DNA from: a virus
IMG/VR virus record: IMGVR_UViG_3300015199_000002
Span: 1-64,000 of that record
Length of the DNA stretch: 64,000 nucleotides
Direction: 5' to 3' (one strand)
The position numbers and the translations under genes were made by a program. Positions 56,634-64,000 of the stretch are shown here, in pieces. Numbering within the stretch: position 1 is the first letter of the stretch; each line of letters starts with the position of its first letter. The notes beneath the pieces are model-generated. The model was not told the origin of the DNA. It made no database searches and saw only the letters and a list, made by a program, of their open reading frames with translations.

Positions 56634-57392
56634 ATGAGAATTGCATTACTTATTTGTCTTGTGGCTTTAGCCGGATGTGAGCAGCAACAGGACTTGATCT
56701 CTAATGGCACGAATGGTGCCACAGGCGGTACCGGTGCTAATGGATCGGACGGGTCGCAAGGTGCAACCGGTGCCACAGGTGCTCAAGGCGAGGCCGGAGC
56801 AGCTGGGTCCATAGGTAGGGCTGGGAGTACAGGGGTAAACGGCGCTATGGGCATTCCTGGGTCTAATGGGACAAATGGCGCTAACGGTGCGGCCTGCCAG
56901 CAGGGGGCTAAGGGTGCCTCCGGCGCTACCGGAGCTTCTGGGCTAAACGGCGTTTCAGGTAAGAACGGATCTACTGGTGCCTCTGGAGCCAACGGTTCAA
57001 CTGGACTGAATGGGTCTGCCGGGACTGGCGGCGGTAGCGGGACTAAGGGCGCTACCGGTGCAACAGGGGCGACAGGCGCTAGTGGCCTTAAAGGACCTAC
57101 TGGGAATACAGGGGCTACAGGACCCCAGGGACTTAAAGGCGACCAGGGAGGCAAGTGCGGCACCCGAGTCTCTTTCGTCCTGAAGGCATTCTCATGCCTA
57201 AAGATTACAACGGATTACCACGCTACTGTTTGCGAGAGAGGCATTACGTTGCATAAGAGTGAGAGGTGCGATGATGACTATGACAAGGTATTAGTCATTG
57301 ACAAGGACCACCATGCTCTCTATATCAACGGCGTTCTATACTTGAAAGACAGCGCCAATGACTCTATACTTGATACTATTGATTTTAACTAA
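56634..57392 (+). CDS. Collagen-like lipoprotein
   Basis: Lipobox LAGC; about 50 consecutive Gly-X-Y triplets; Cys-containing C-terminal domain. Confidence 0.88.
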   Translation: MRIALLICLVALAGCEQQQDLISNGTNGATGGTGANGSDGSQGATGATGAQGEAGAAGSIGRAGSTGVNGAMGIPGSNGTNGANGAACQQGAKGASGATGASGLNGVSGKNGSTGASGANGSTGLNGSAGTGGGSGTKGATGATGATGASGLKGPTGNTGATGPQGLKGDQGGKCGTRVSFVLKAFSCLKITTDYHATVCERGITLHKSERCDDDYDKVLVIDKDHHALYINGVLYLKDSANDSILDTIDFN

Positions 57393-57404
57393 AAAGGGAA
57401 CCAT

Positions 57405-57884
57405 ATGAATAAACTAATGATGCTTTTGATTCTTTTCTCTACCTCTGCAATGTCCGATCAGTCCTGCCATAAAGAAGTGAGCTGTGTTGAAGAGAGGCAG
57501 TGCGTATACCGCAAGCCTGTCGTCCGAACGGTTGTAAAGAGAGTGGTTGTTGAGAAGGTAGTGGAGAAGATTGTCTATGTCGATCGACCGGTAGAGAAGA
57601 CCGTTGTCGTTAACCAGATCTCAATTGGCAATAAGAGTGGTTCCAACGAGAAGAGAGTCTTGGTAGATAAGAATAGTAGTAACCGTAACTCAATCAGTCT
57701 ATTGGGAATGGCTACCCCTACTGCTTTGAATGTCCAAGGAACTGCCAATAACTACAAAGCTTCTACAGAGTACCGGCCGGACCTCGGGTTAATGTACCAG
57801 CGTGACTTCGGGGACAGCGTCCGGGGATCTCTTGGTGCGACGATTAGGGGTAATGGTCTTGCTGCGCTTGGATGGAATTTTTAA
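57405..57884 (+). CDS. Secreted protein with outer-membrane beta-strand C-terminus
   Basis: Signal peptide; amphipathic strands ending LGWNF. Confidence 0.65.
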   Translation: MNKLMMLLILFSTSAMSDQSCHKEVSCVEERQCVYRKPVVRTVVKRVVVEKVVEKIVYVDRPVEKTVVVNQISIGNKSGSNEKRVLVDKNSSNRNSISLLGMATPTALNVQGTANNYKASTEYRPDLGLMYQRDFGDSVRGSLGATIRGNGLAALGWNF

Positions 57885-57993
57885 CCTTGACTCACAAAAT
57901 TGCGGCTTCGCAAATTAAAACTAAATGCGGGCTGTCGTTGTTTTGGACAATGGCCCGTTTAGTAAATAATTGGAAACATGTGAGATGTAAGAG

Positions 57994-58209
57994 TTGTCTC
58001 AAGAAAAAGAGAAAGAAGAAGACAAAATGAAACTCAGAGACTTCGAGCATGAATTTGACGCGAGGCAGAACTACGAAAGTACTTGCGACAACTGTGGCAA
58101 GGTTACTGTGGTCAGGACTCAGGCGGACGGTAACCCAGAGTATTACACTGGGGTCTACGTGGAGTGCGGTTGTGGGGATTGGGTGTTCTTCAACCTACCC
58201 GTTAACTAG
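57994..58209 (+). CDS. Small Zn-ribbon protein
   Basis: CDNC...CGC; start may be 58027. Confidence 0.55.
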   Translation: MSQEKEKEEDKMKLRDFEHEFDARQNYESTCDNCGKVTVVRTQADGNPEYYTGVYVECGCGDWVFFNLPVN

Positions 58210-58642
58210 ACTTCTTAACTCTCTTCCTAGACTTCTTAGCTTCCAGCAACTTACGAGACCGAGCACTCTTAGCGGCCTCCCTGTTCTCTGAAGCTACCCG
58301 ACGGACTGCCCTAACACTCTCAGCGACCGCATGACTGTCTAGGATCTCGGCCATGGCAGGCTCTACTCCCCCGCTGTTCCTGTCTACGGAAACACCGTCG
58401 TTAACGAAGGTCATGGCATCTCTTTGAATCTTCTTGTTCTCACGCCAGATCTTACGCTTCTCGTCCTGGTCATCTGTTATCATACCGGGGTAACCACCCG
58501 ACCAACCTCGGTTGAAGTTGTCTAGGTAATCCTTATCTTTATCTGAGAGCTTGTTGTGGTAGTCGGCTTCGGACATCCACTTGAGTCCGGGTTTGAATGC
58601 CGCTAATTTCTTTTTAGGTTTTTTGTTTGACTGATCTGACAC
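58202..58642 (-). CDS. Hypothetical basic protein
   Basis: DY..KLS..DK.YL..FN motif. Confidence 0.6.
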   Translation of the reverse strand: MSDQSNKKPKKKLAAFKPGLKWMSEADYHNKLSDKDKDYLDNFNRGWSGGYPGMITDDQDEKRKIWRENKKIQRDAMTFVNDGVSVDRNSGGVEPAMAEILDSHAVAESVRAVRRVASENREAAKSARSRKLLEAKKSRKRVKKSS

Positions 58643-58676
58643 TTTCCATATCCACTGTTCTGCCCTGCGTTGATTG

Positions 58677-58895
58677 TTATGAAGTAATCTTTTCGGCGTA
58701 GTATTCGGCCACCGTTGCCCGGGGCCAGCCGATGATCTTAATCGCCGTCTGACCTTTCATGAAGCCCACTGTGAACTCGGCGTCAGTTATCTCGACCCTA
58801 AGACTATCCGCGCCGTCCCTTGGCACGATATGCTGGGAGTTCATCCCGCTACCTGATGCGAATTTAACTACTAATGACTCGCACTTGATGATCAT
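58677..58895 (-). CDS. Hypothetical protein
   Basis: ATGA-coupled operon member. Confidence 0.6.
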   Translation of the reverse strand: MIIKCESLVVKFASGSGMNSQHIVPRDGADSLRVEITDAEFTVGFMKGQTAIKIIGWPRATVAEYYAEKITS

Positions 58896-59242
58896 GCTGT
58901 GCTCTGATTAATGTAGACGACTTTAGCCGCAGTGCCTTCAAGTGCATTGAATACCGGACCTACCACAGACGCCGCGTAGAACTTACCTACGCAGAGCTTG
59001 ATCTTGGCGATGTCTTCAACTGCGATGTCGGCCGAACCGCCGCCGTAGACCTTGGCTGCCAGGTTATACCGAGCAAACTTTTCGGTGCCGGCTAGTCCTG
59101 GTTCGTCCTGAAACGACGTCAACAATGCTGCACTGCACAGTTGGGCCAGTGTGATGGGGCCAATGATCCCTGTGTCTGCGTTCTTCTCTGTGAATGGTTT
59201 ACCGTCGATACCGTTTACGCCTTGTGAAAAATCAATCTTCAT
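58892..59242 (-). CDS. Hypothetical phage protein
   Basis: MKIDF...GIDGKP...EKFARY.LA; coupled. Confidence 0.7.
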   Translation of the reverse strand: MKIDFSQGVNGIDGKPFTEKNADTGIIGPITLAQLCSAALLTSFQDEPGLAGTEKFARYNLAAKVYGGGSADIAVEDIAKIKLCVGKFYAASVVGPVFNALEGTAAKVVYINQSTA

Positions 59243-59610
59243 TTTTTACTCTCTTTCTTTTTACTGTTTAGGGTTGGGGCTGATTTAAAAGGAATGTCAA
59301 AGGATGATCCATCGTGGGTCTTAACGACACCGTCGATCTGGACTTCAAATCCTACACGATCGCATAGGAAGTGGATGTACTTGGCCAGGTTAAATAGGTC
59401 AAACCGCACGCTGTAGGTGTTGGTCGATCTGTCTCTATCCACACTCATGGCGGTAGCAATACCTGCTGCTTCCATTGCTTCGAATGCCACTCGGTCCATG
59501 AATAGGGTACCGTAGAGTCGCTTGTTGTCTACGAGCTCTTCCCAGTTACCGAGTAACTTAAGGACGCTCGCTTCTTTTGGGGACAGTATTCGTCTTGGTG
59601 AGAAGATCAT
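59239..59610 (-). CDS. Hypothetical protein
   Basis: Coupled operon member. Confidence 0.6.
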   Translation of the reverse strand: MIFSPRRILSPKEASVLKLLGNWEELVDNKRLYGTLFMDRVAFEAMEAAGIATAMSVDRDRSTNTYSVRFDLFNLAKYIHFLCDRVGFEVQIDGVVKTHDGSSFDIPFKSAPTLNSKKKESKK

Positions 59611-59783
59611 TTGTGCCTACGGAATGCTCCGAGAAGGAGTAGGGCAGAGGTTGCAATAGCGCAAAACGCAAACCACACGAGTACTGGGGTTATTACCTGG
59701 AGCCAGGTCCAGTCTATTTTGTGGGTGATTTTTAGCCCCGCCAGTAATAGAGTTAGTAATTCTACCGAATTGATTCTCATCAT
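59607..59783 (-). CDS. Small two-TM membrane protein
   Basis: LLTLLLAGLKITHKIDWTWLQVITP. Confidence 0.65.
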   Translation of the reverse strand: MMRINSVELLTLLLAGLKITHKIDWTWLQVITPVLVWFAFCAIATSALLLLGAFRRHK

Positions 59784-60025
59784 TTTTTGTCTCTTACCAG
59801 AATGCATTGAGCGCCGACTAGTGTGAGGGTCTGGCCTTCTTCGTTGGTCCGAGTGAGGTTGGAGCCGTCAAGCGTTGAGTCGCCGATTGGGAATGGGGCG
59901 CCGTCGTTAACTGCGGGATGAGAGCAGACGCCCTTAAGGGCAATTGGTTCTGATTTCTTTGATGCCTGGACGAAGGCGGCTACTGTAATTGCTAACATTA
60001 ATGCTGTAAATACAACTCTTTTCAT
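59780..60025 (-). CDS. Small exported protein
   Basis: N-terminal signal/TM. Confidence 0.6.
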   Translation of the reverse strand: MKRVVFTALMLAITVAAFVQASKKSEPIALKGVCSHPAVNDGAPFPIGDSTLDGSNLTRTNEEGQTLTLVGAQCILVRDKK

Positions 60026-60040
60026 AATGATTCCTTTTAG

Positions 60041-60310
60041 TTATCCTTTAAGTTCTGTTAGTCGCGCTAGGCAATGGGCGATCTTGGCACCCTGATACGC
60101 CTTAACTTCTTTGAGGCCGGCGCTGAGGTCGGACACCGCTAGTTTGGCGGCCTGATAGTTCTCGTTCTCATCCCGCTCCTTCTTAGCTGTAGAGATAGCC
60201 TGAGTGGAGTCGGTCACCTGCTTTTGCAGGGCCTGTTCGTCCATAGCGTCTAACTCTTCGACGACAGATTCGGGGAGCTTGTTCTTCTTAGCGGACTTTT
60301 CTTTTTTCAT
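60041..60310 (-). CDS. Coiled-coil hypothetical protein
   Basis: RBS GAGG; upstream TTGCCA-N17-GACAGT. Confidence 0.65.
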   Translation of the reverse strand: MKKEKSAKKNKLPESVVEELDAMDEQALQKQVTDSTQAISTAKKERDENENYQAAKLAVSDLSAGLKEVKAYQGAKIAHCLARLTELKG

Positions 60311-60426
60311 AGTGCCTCTATAAAGACTGTCTCATGACTATACAGGTTTGGCAAGAGAATAATTTATACAATATTGTGTATAAGTATCGATCCTTGCATA
60401 ATTGCCAACAGGGCGTTATTGTTGGA

Positions 60427-62526
60427 TTATTTCAGATCGGCTAGATTTTTAGCGATCCTCGGCTCGGCTACTAGGCTGACACCAGGGAGCTCTACAGCGT
60501 GCTCCATGGCCTCTTTTAATATAACTACTACGTCATCTGCGTCGGCATCTGCACACTCAACCACAATTTCGTCGTGGATTACCAGCACTGTGCGGGCCTC
60601 GATGTTTGCCTCTTTGCATAGTTCTGAGAACCGTATCGACGCTCTATTAGCTATGCTGGCGGCCGTGCTTTGAACGATATGGTTCATACCCAAATTTAAA
60701 AGTGTTCTAGCTTCGTAAGGTAGTTTATCATGAGAAACATTTCCGAAAACTTTATTGATATCCATCGCTCTGGGAATTCGGCGCTTCCTTCCGTATAAAT
60801 TTTGCACGTAACCTTGTTTCTTTACAGTATCGTGTGCTTTTACCATCATGGCCTTTACGCTAGGGAAATTTTCAAAATAATTATCTATAACTTCCTGTGC
60901 TTCTTTTACGTCTACTCCCAAACCGGGAGCCATTTTAGAAGCAGTTGTTCCGTACGTGGCCGAGAGAGCGACCACCTTAGACTTATTTCTTAGGGATTCA
61001 TATTTTTTACCGAAGAAGTCGGGGTGAGATTTAAATAGGGAGCAATCTCGCTTATTAAATAATTCAGTCCCTATTACTGAATAGAAGTCGGTTCCTGTTT
61101 TGAAGCAAGCAAGTAATCTTTCGTCGTTAGAAAAAGACGCGAATACTCTGGGTTCAAGCTGGCTATAATCGCTTCCGACGAATACTTTTCCTGGACGAGA
61201 AACTACGCAAGCTTTGAGCCTTTTATCGTCTCTGGGTAGCGTTTGAAAATTTGGGTTTTTGCAGCTAAAACGCCCAGACGTAGTTCCATTCTGTAAAAAT
61301 TGCGGATGAATTATACTAAACGTCTGCTGCCTCTCTAACGGAAGAACGTAAGTTCCAAGCAGCTTATCTACTTTCTTAAGCTGTAACAGCTTCTTTACCC
61401 AAGAATATTTATCTTCAAACGTGGCAAGTACTGCTTTGTCAACCGATAGATAGGTCCAGTAATCCTTTACTTTAGCTTCTGCTCTCTTCTTGCCTGTTTT
61501 TCTGTCTACCGTGTCCTTCTCTCTCCAAATCGCTCCTTTACAGTGTTTCACTGTCTCTATGAACTCGATCTTGGACTTATTGGTGTAGGGCCTTCTCATT
61601 TGCATAGCAGCGCACAAATCGGCGCCTGCGTCTGATACTCGAACAAATCTCTCTCCTAGCTTTTCAAATAGGAGCCACGCTAACATTTCCCTCGAATCAA
61701 TGTTGAACGTAGTACGAGGAGACGTCGCAGGGTATTTTTCTGAAATTATAGGCGTGATCTCCGCGTCGATAAAACTACATAACTCAGCAGACTCTATTTC
61801 GAGTTCTTTCTTTAGAGCCGCGAGACGCTCCATGTCTATTTTAAGTCCCGTAGTATTTAGCTCATACGTGGCGGATCTCAGAAGGGGCATCGTCTCCTCG
61901 TAGAAAAAATTGATCATTCCCTCGTCAGCTAATTCATTCAAAACATGTTCAAACAGTCTGTACGTAAGTATTGCGTCTTGGCAGCCATATTCTGCTAGCA
62001 GATGAGAATCCGCCTTGTATAATTCGTAGTTGGCCTTAGTCAACTGGCCGCCGTTTCTTATTACCGATGCCCTAACTGCAATCTGCTCGTCTCGAGAGGA
62101 TTCTCCGAATATCTCAGCAGCTAGATCTTTTAGTCCGCACTTTCTATTCTCGTTCGCCAAATGAGCTGCCAACATTGTATCCGTGTGGACAGCTTGAATC
62201 ATAGGAACTTTATAATTTTCTTCTACGCGAGCCGAATCAAATACGCCGTTATGTTCTATGAGATCCTTGGTGACTAGGACCTTCATGACTTCTGGAGCAG
62301 AGTCCTTAGTTTCTAAATACACTAGCTCCTGTTTGTCGACGTCCCAGTAGGCAGTTACAACATACCATCCCAAGTCTTCACTGGCTGCAACGCTATAGCC
62401 AATAATCTCAGCAGAAGAAGTGACGCCCGTGGTCTCGCAATCAAATGCGACGTATTGTTTATCTTCTAGGTACTTCAAAAGTTCCTGCACTCCGACGTTG
62501 TCTCGTATGATTCTTTTTTCAGTCAT
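60427..62526 (-). CDS. polA: Family A DNA polymerase with 3'-5' exonuclease
   Basis: FDCETTG, TTSGRFS..PNFQ, SDYSQLEPR, RNKSKVVALSATYG, IHDEIV. Confidence 0.95.
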   Translation of the reverse strand: MTEKRIIRDNVGVQELLKYLEDKQYVAFDCETTGVTSSAEIIGYSVAASEDLGWYVVTAYWDVDKQELVYLETKDSAPEVMKVLVTKDLIEHNGVFDSARVEENYKVPMIQAVHTDTMLAAHLANENRKCGLKDLAAEIFGESSRDEQIAVRASVIRNGGQLTKANYELYKADSHLLAEYGCQDAILTYRLFEHVLNELADEGMINFFYEETMPLLRSATYELNTTGLKIDMERLAALKKELEIESAELCSFIDAEITPIISEKYPATSPRTTFNIDSREMLAWLLFEKLGERFVRVSDAGADLCAAMQMRRPYTNKSKIEFIETVKHCKGAIWREKDTVDRKTGKKRAEAKVKDYWTYLSVDKAVLATFEDKYSWVKKLLQLKKVDKLLGTYVLPLERQQTFSIIHPQFLQNGTTSGRFSCKNPNFQTLPRDDKRLKACVVSRPGKVFVGSDYSQLEPRVFASFSNDERLLACFKTGTDFYSVIGTELFNKRDCSLFKSHPDFFGKKYESLRNKSKVVALSATYGTTASKMAPGLGVDVKEAQEVIDNYFENFPSVKAMMVKAHDTVKKQGYVQNLYGRKRRIPRAMDINKVFGNVSHDKLPYEARTLLNLGMNHIVQSTAASIANRASIRFSELCKEANIEARTVLVIHDEIVVECADADADDVVVILKEAMEHAVELPGVSLVAEPRIAKNLADLK

Positions 62527-64000
62527 TGCTCTGCCTTATTTTCTCGGCCAAGCTATCCCCTAGCCTTCCTTTGTTGTACGGCAAAGTTATTGCCCAAGTA
62601 GGGGCTCCCCCAAACCTTTGCTTCCTACAGTGAAACGTAGTGGTCAACGCCGCATAGTCCGGTATCGCTTCAATAGCATTATGGCAGTGATTTAAAAAAG
62701 TTCGGTCATTCTCTATGCGCTGCCCGAATGCTCCTCGATTAGTCGTCTCCTCAGAAATTTGACCAAACACCACAATTGGGATCGTGCATTCGCGAGCGTA
62801 ATTTTTAAGGCTTAATCCCAAGGATTTTGATATTTGAAAAGATTCTCGCCCGGGGTACTCTTCGCAGGTAGATACCGCTTGTAGATAGTCAAGGATAATT
62901 AGCGCTGGTTTTTCGTTCGCAGGTAACCCCTTTGCTCGATCCAGCACTTTTTCTATGTAAGTTAGATCTGTGCACCCGTCGGGGATAACCTCTAGCCGAC
63001 TTACTATAGTCTCGATCATATCAAACACTTCGGACTGCGTCTGCATGGTGGCGGACGAGTGGTTGAAGTCTGATTTCCAATCATATCCCAAAAGAAGACA
63101 GGCCACATTGCTAAGGACCTCGTGTATTGTCGCTTCGTTTGGCAAGAGTAATATTCTCTTCTCTGGATGCGTCAGTATTATGTTGGCGATTAGATTATAG
63201 CAAGTAGTGGACTTGCCTGCTCCGGTCTTTGCGCCTACAAACGTGATGCCAGTTGTAAACATAAAAACTTCTTTAAACGCATCGTCCACAAATGCTGTGG
63301 GGTTATTTATAGCATATTTCATTTCCGCGTGCTGTGCGGTAAACTCAGCGAGTATTTTGTCTTTAGCCAGAGGGGCGAATGTGTCTGGATCAGACACGCT
63401 GGACTCTTTGCGGAATACTTTCTCAAGCAGATTCGTAGCATAGCTTATCCTGTGCTCCCCTCGACGTTCTCTGGCCTTGCAAGTATTTACTAAAACTGAC
63501 GCGGCCTCCTCCTCAGTAAATCCGTTTGAGTGAAGTATGTTCGTAAGTCTCCAGTCCGCTCCAGATCTATCCTCAACTTCGCCGGAGAAGATCCTTTTGA
63601 CCTCTTTGTTCTTTTTAAAAAGAACCTCAAATTTCTTGGGTAGTTTGTCTGAGATCAAAATTTCCGGCTGATTGATGTTATTGGCAATGTTATAATGCCG
63701 CTCACAGAACTCTTCGTCCTTTGCCGTTATGGGAGGCAGCCACTTGTCGAGTTCTTCGCAAGTATAGTGAGACTCCGATGAAAATACCTCTTCGCAAAGC
63801 TTAGGGTAATCCTTGGTTTTAACGTTAGCGGTGCCTGCTACTCTCATTAATTGTTTTATTTGGCTGACTGCCGGATCTGTTTTGAACTTACGGCACAGTC
63901 TGCGGGATAGCCTCAGATAAGATTTAGCGTCAAGGTCAGAAACAAGCCAGTAAATATGAACGCCATTTCCACTGTAAACGATGCTAGTGGGGGTTAGATT
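62519..64000 (-). CDS. Primase (RepB-like)-helicase fusion, 5' end outside window
   Basis: Frame open to the edge: PTSIVYSGNGVHIYW...LMRVAGT.N.K; C-terminal GAKTGAGKS and IILDYLQ. Confidence 0.85.
   Translation of the reverse strand, partial: NLTPTSIVYSGNGVHIYWLVSDLDAKSYLRLSRRLCRKFKTDPAVSQIKQLMRVAGTANVKTKDYPKLCEEVFSSESHYTCEELDKWLPPITAKDEEFCERHYNIANNINQPEILISDKLPKKFEVLFKKNKEVKRIFSGEVEDRSGADWRLTNILHSNGFTEEEAASVLVNTCKARERRGEHRISYATNLLEKVFRKESSVSDPDTFAPLAKDKILAEFTAQHAEMKYAINNPTAFVDDAFKEVFMFTTGITFVGAKTGAGKSTTCYNLIANIILTHPEKRILLLPNEATIHEVLSNVACLLLGYDWKSDFNHSSATMQTQSEVFDMIETIVSRLEVIPDGCTDLTYIEKVLDRAKGLPANEKPALIILDYLQAVSTCEEYPGRESFQISKSLGLSLKNYARECTIPIVVFGQISEETTNRGAFGQRIENDRTFLNHCHNAIEAIPDYAALTTTFHCRKQRFGGAPTWAITLPYNKGRLGDSLAEKIRQSND

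Noticed and set aside
1-64000. tRNA/rRNA genes, integrase/att site, alternative genetic code
   Set aside because: None recognised by eye; standard-code ORFs tile the window and use all three stops; a tRNAscan run would be needed to exclude tRNAs

Overview
The window is a large part of a dsDNA tailed-phage genome, cut inside genes at both ends. It is probably podovirus-like: no sheath or tape-measure gene is visible, and there are adaptor, nozzle and ejection-type genes. Layout: (i) 1-5.7 kb, divergent promoters, a ~310-nt highly structured non-coding RNA leading into a compact HNH gene, an SF2 helicase and small genes; (ii) 5.7-46.8 kb, a minus-strand virion/lysis region with TerL, portal, scaffold, a fibre block, major capsid protein, a DUF3494 ice-binding-domain protein, three more fibres, adaptor, nozzle, GNAT, ejection proteins, holin-like genes and DUF5675, interrupted by four free-standing endonucleases (six in the window); (iii) 46.9-50.3 kb, two phosphoesterases, a serine resolvase and an HNH; (iv) a ~1 kb non-coding divergence zone, probably the terminus/pac region, with a sigma54-type promoter; (v) 51.2-58.2 kb, early-type genes including a prepilin, a collagen lipoprotein, a metzincin lipoprotein, a DenV-like glycosylase and hexapeptide-repeat paralogues; (vi) 58.2-64 kb, small genes, PolA and a primase-helicase. 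A Bdellovibrionota/deltaproteobacteria-like host is inferred, not shown. Best novelty candidates: the promoter-ncRNA-HNH unit (plus a tiny divergent RNA), a repeated AxGG motif punctuating the ejection proteins, and an ice-binding domain in a probable capsid-associated protein. All family calls come from motif recognition by eye; no searches or folding programs were run.
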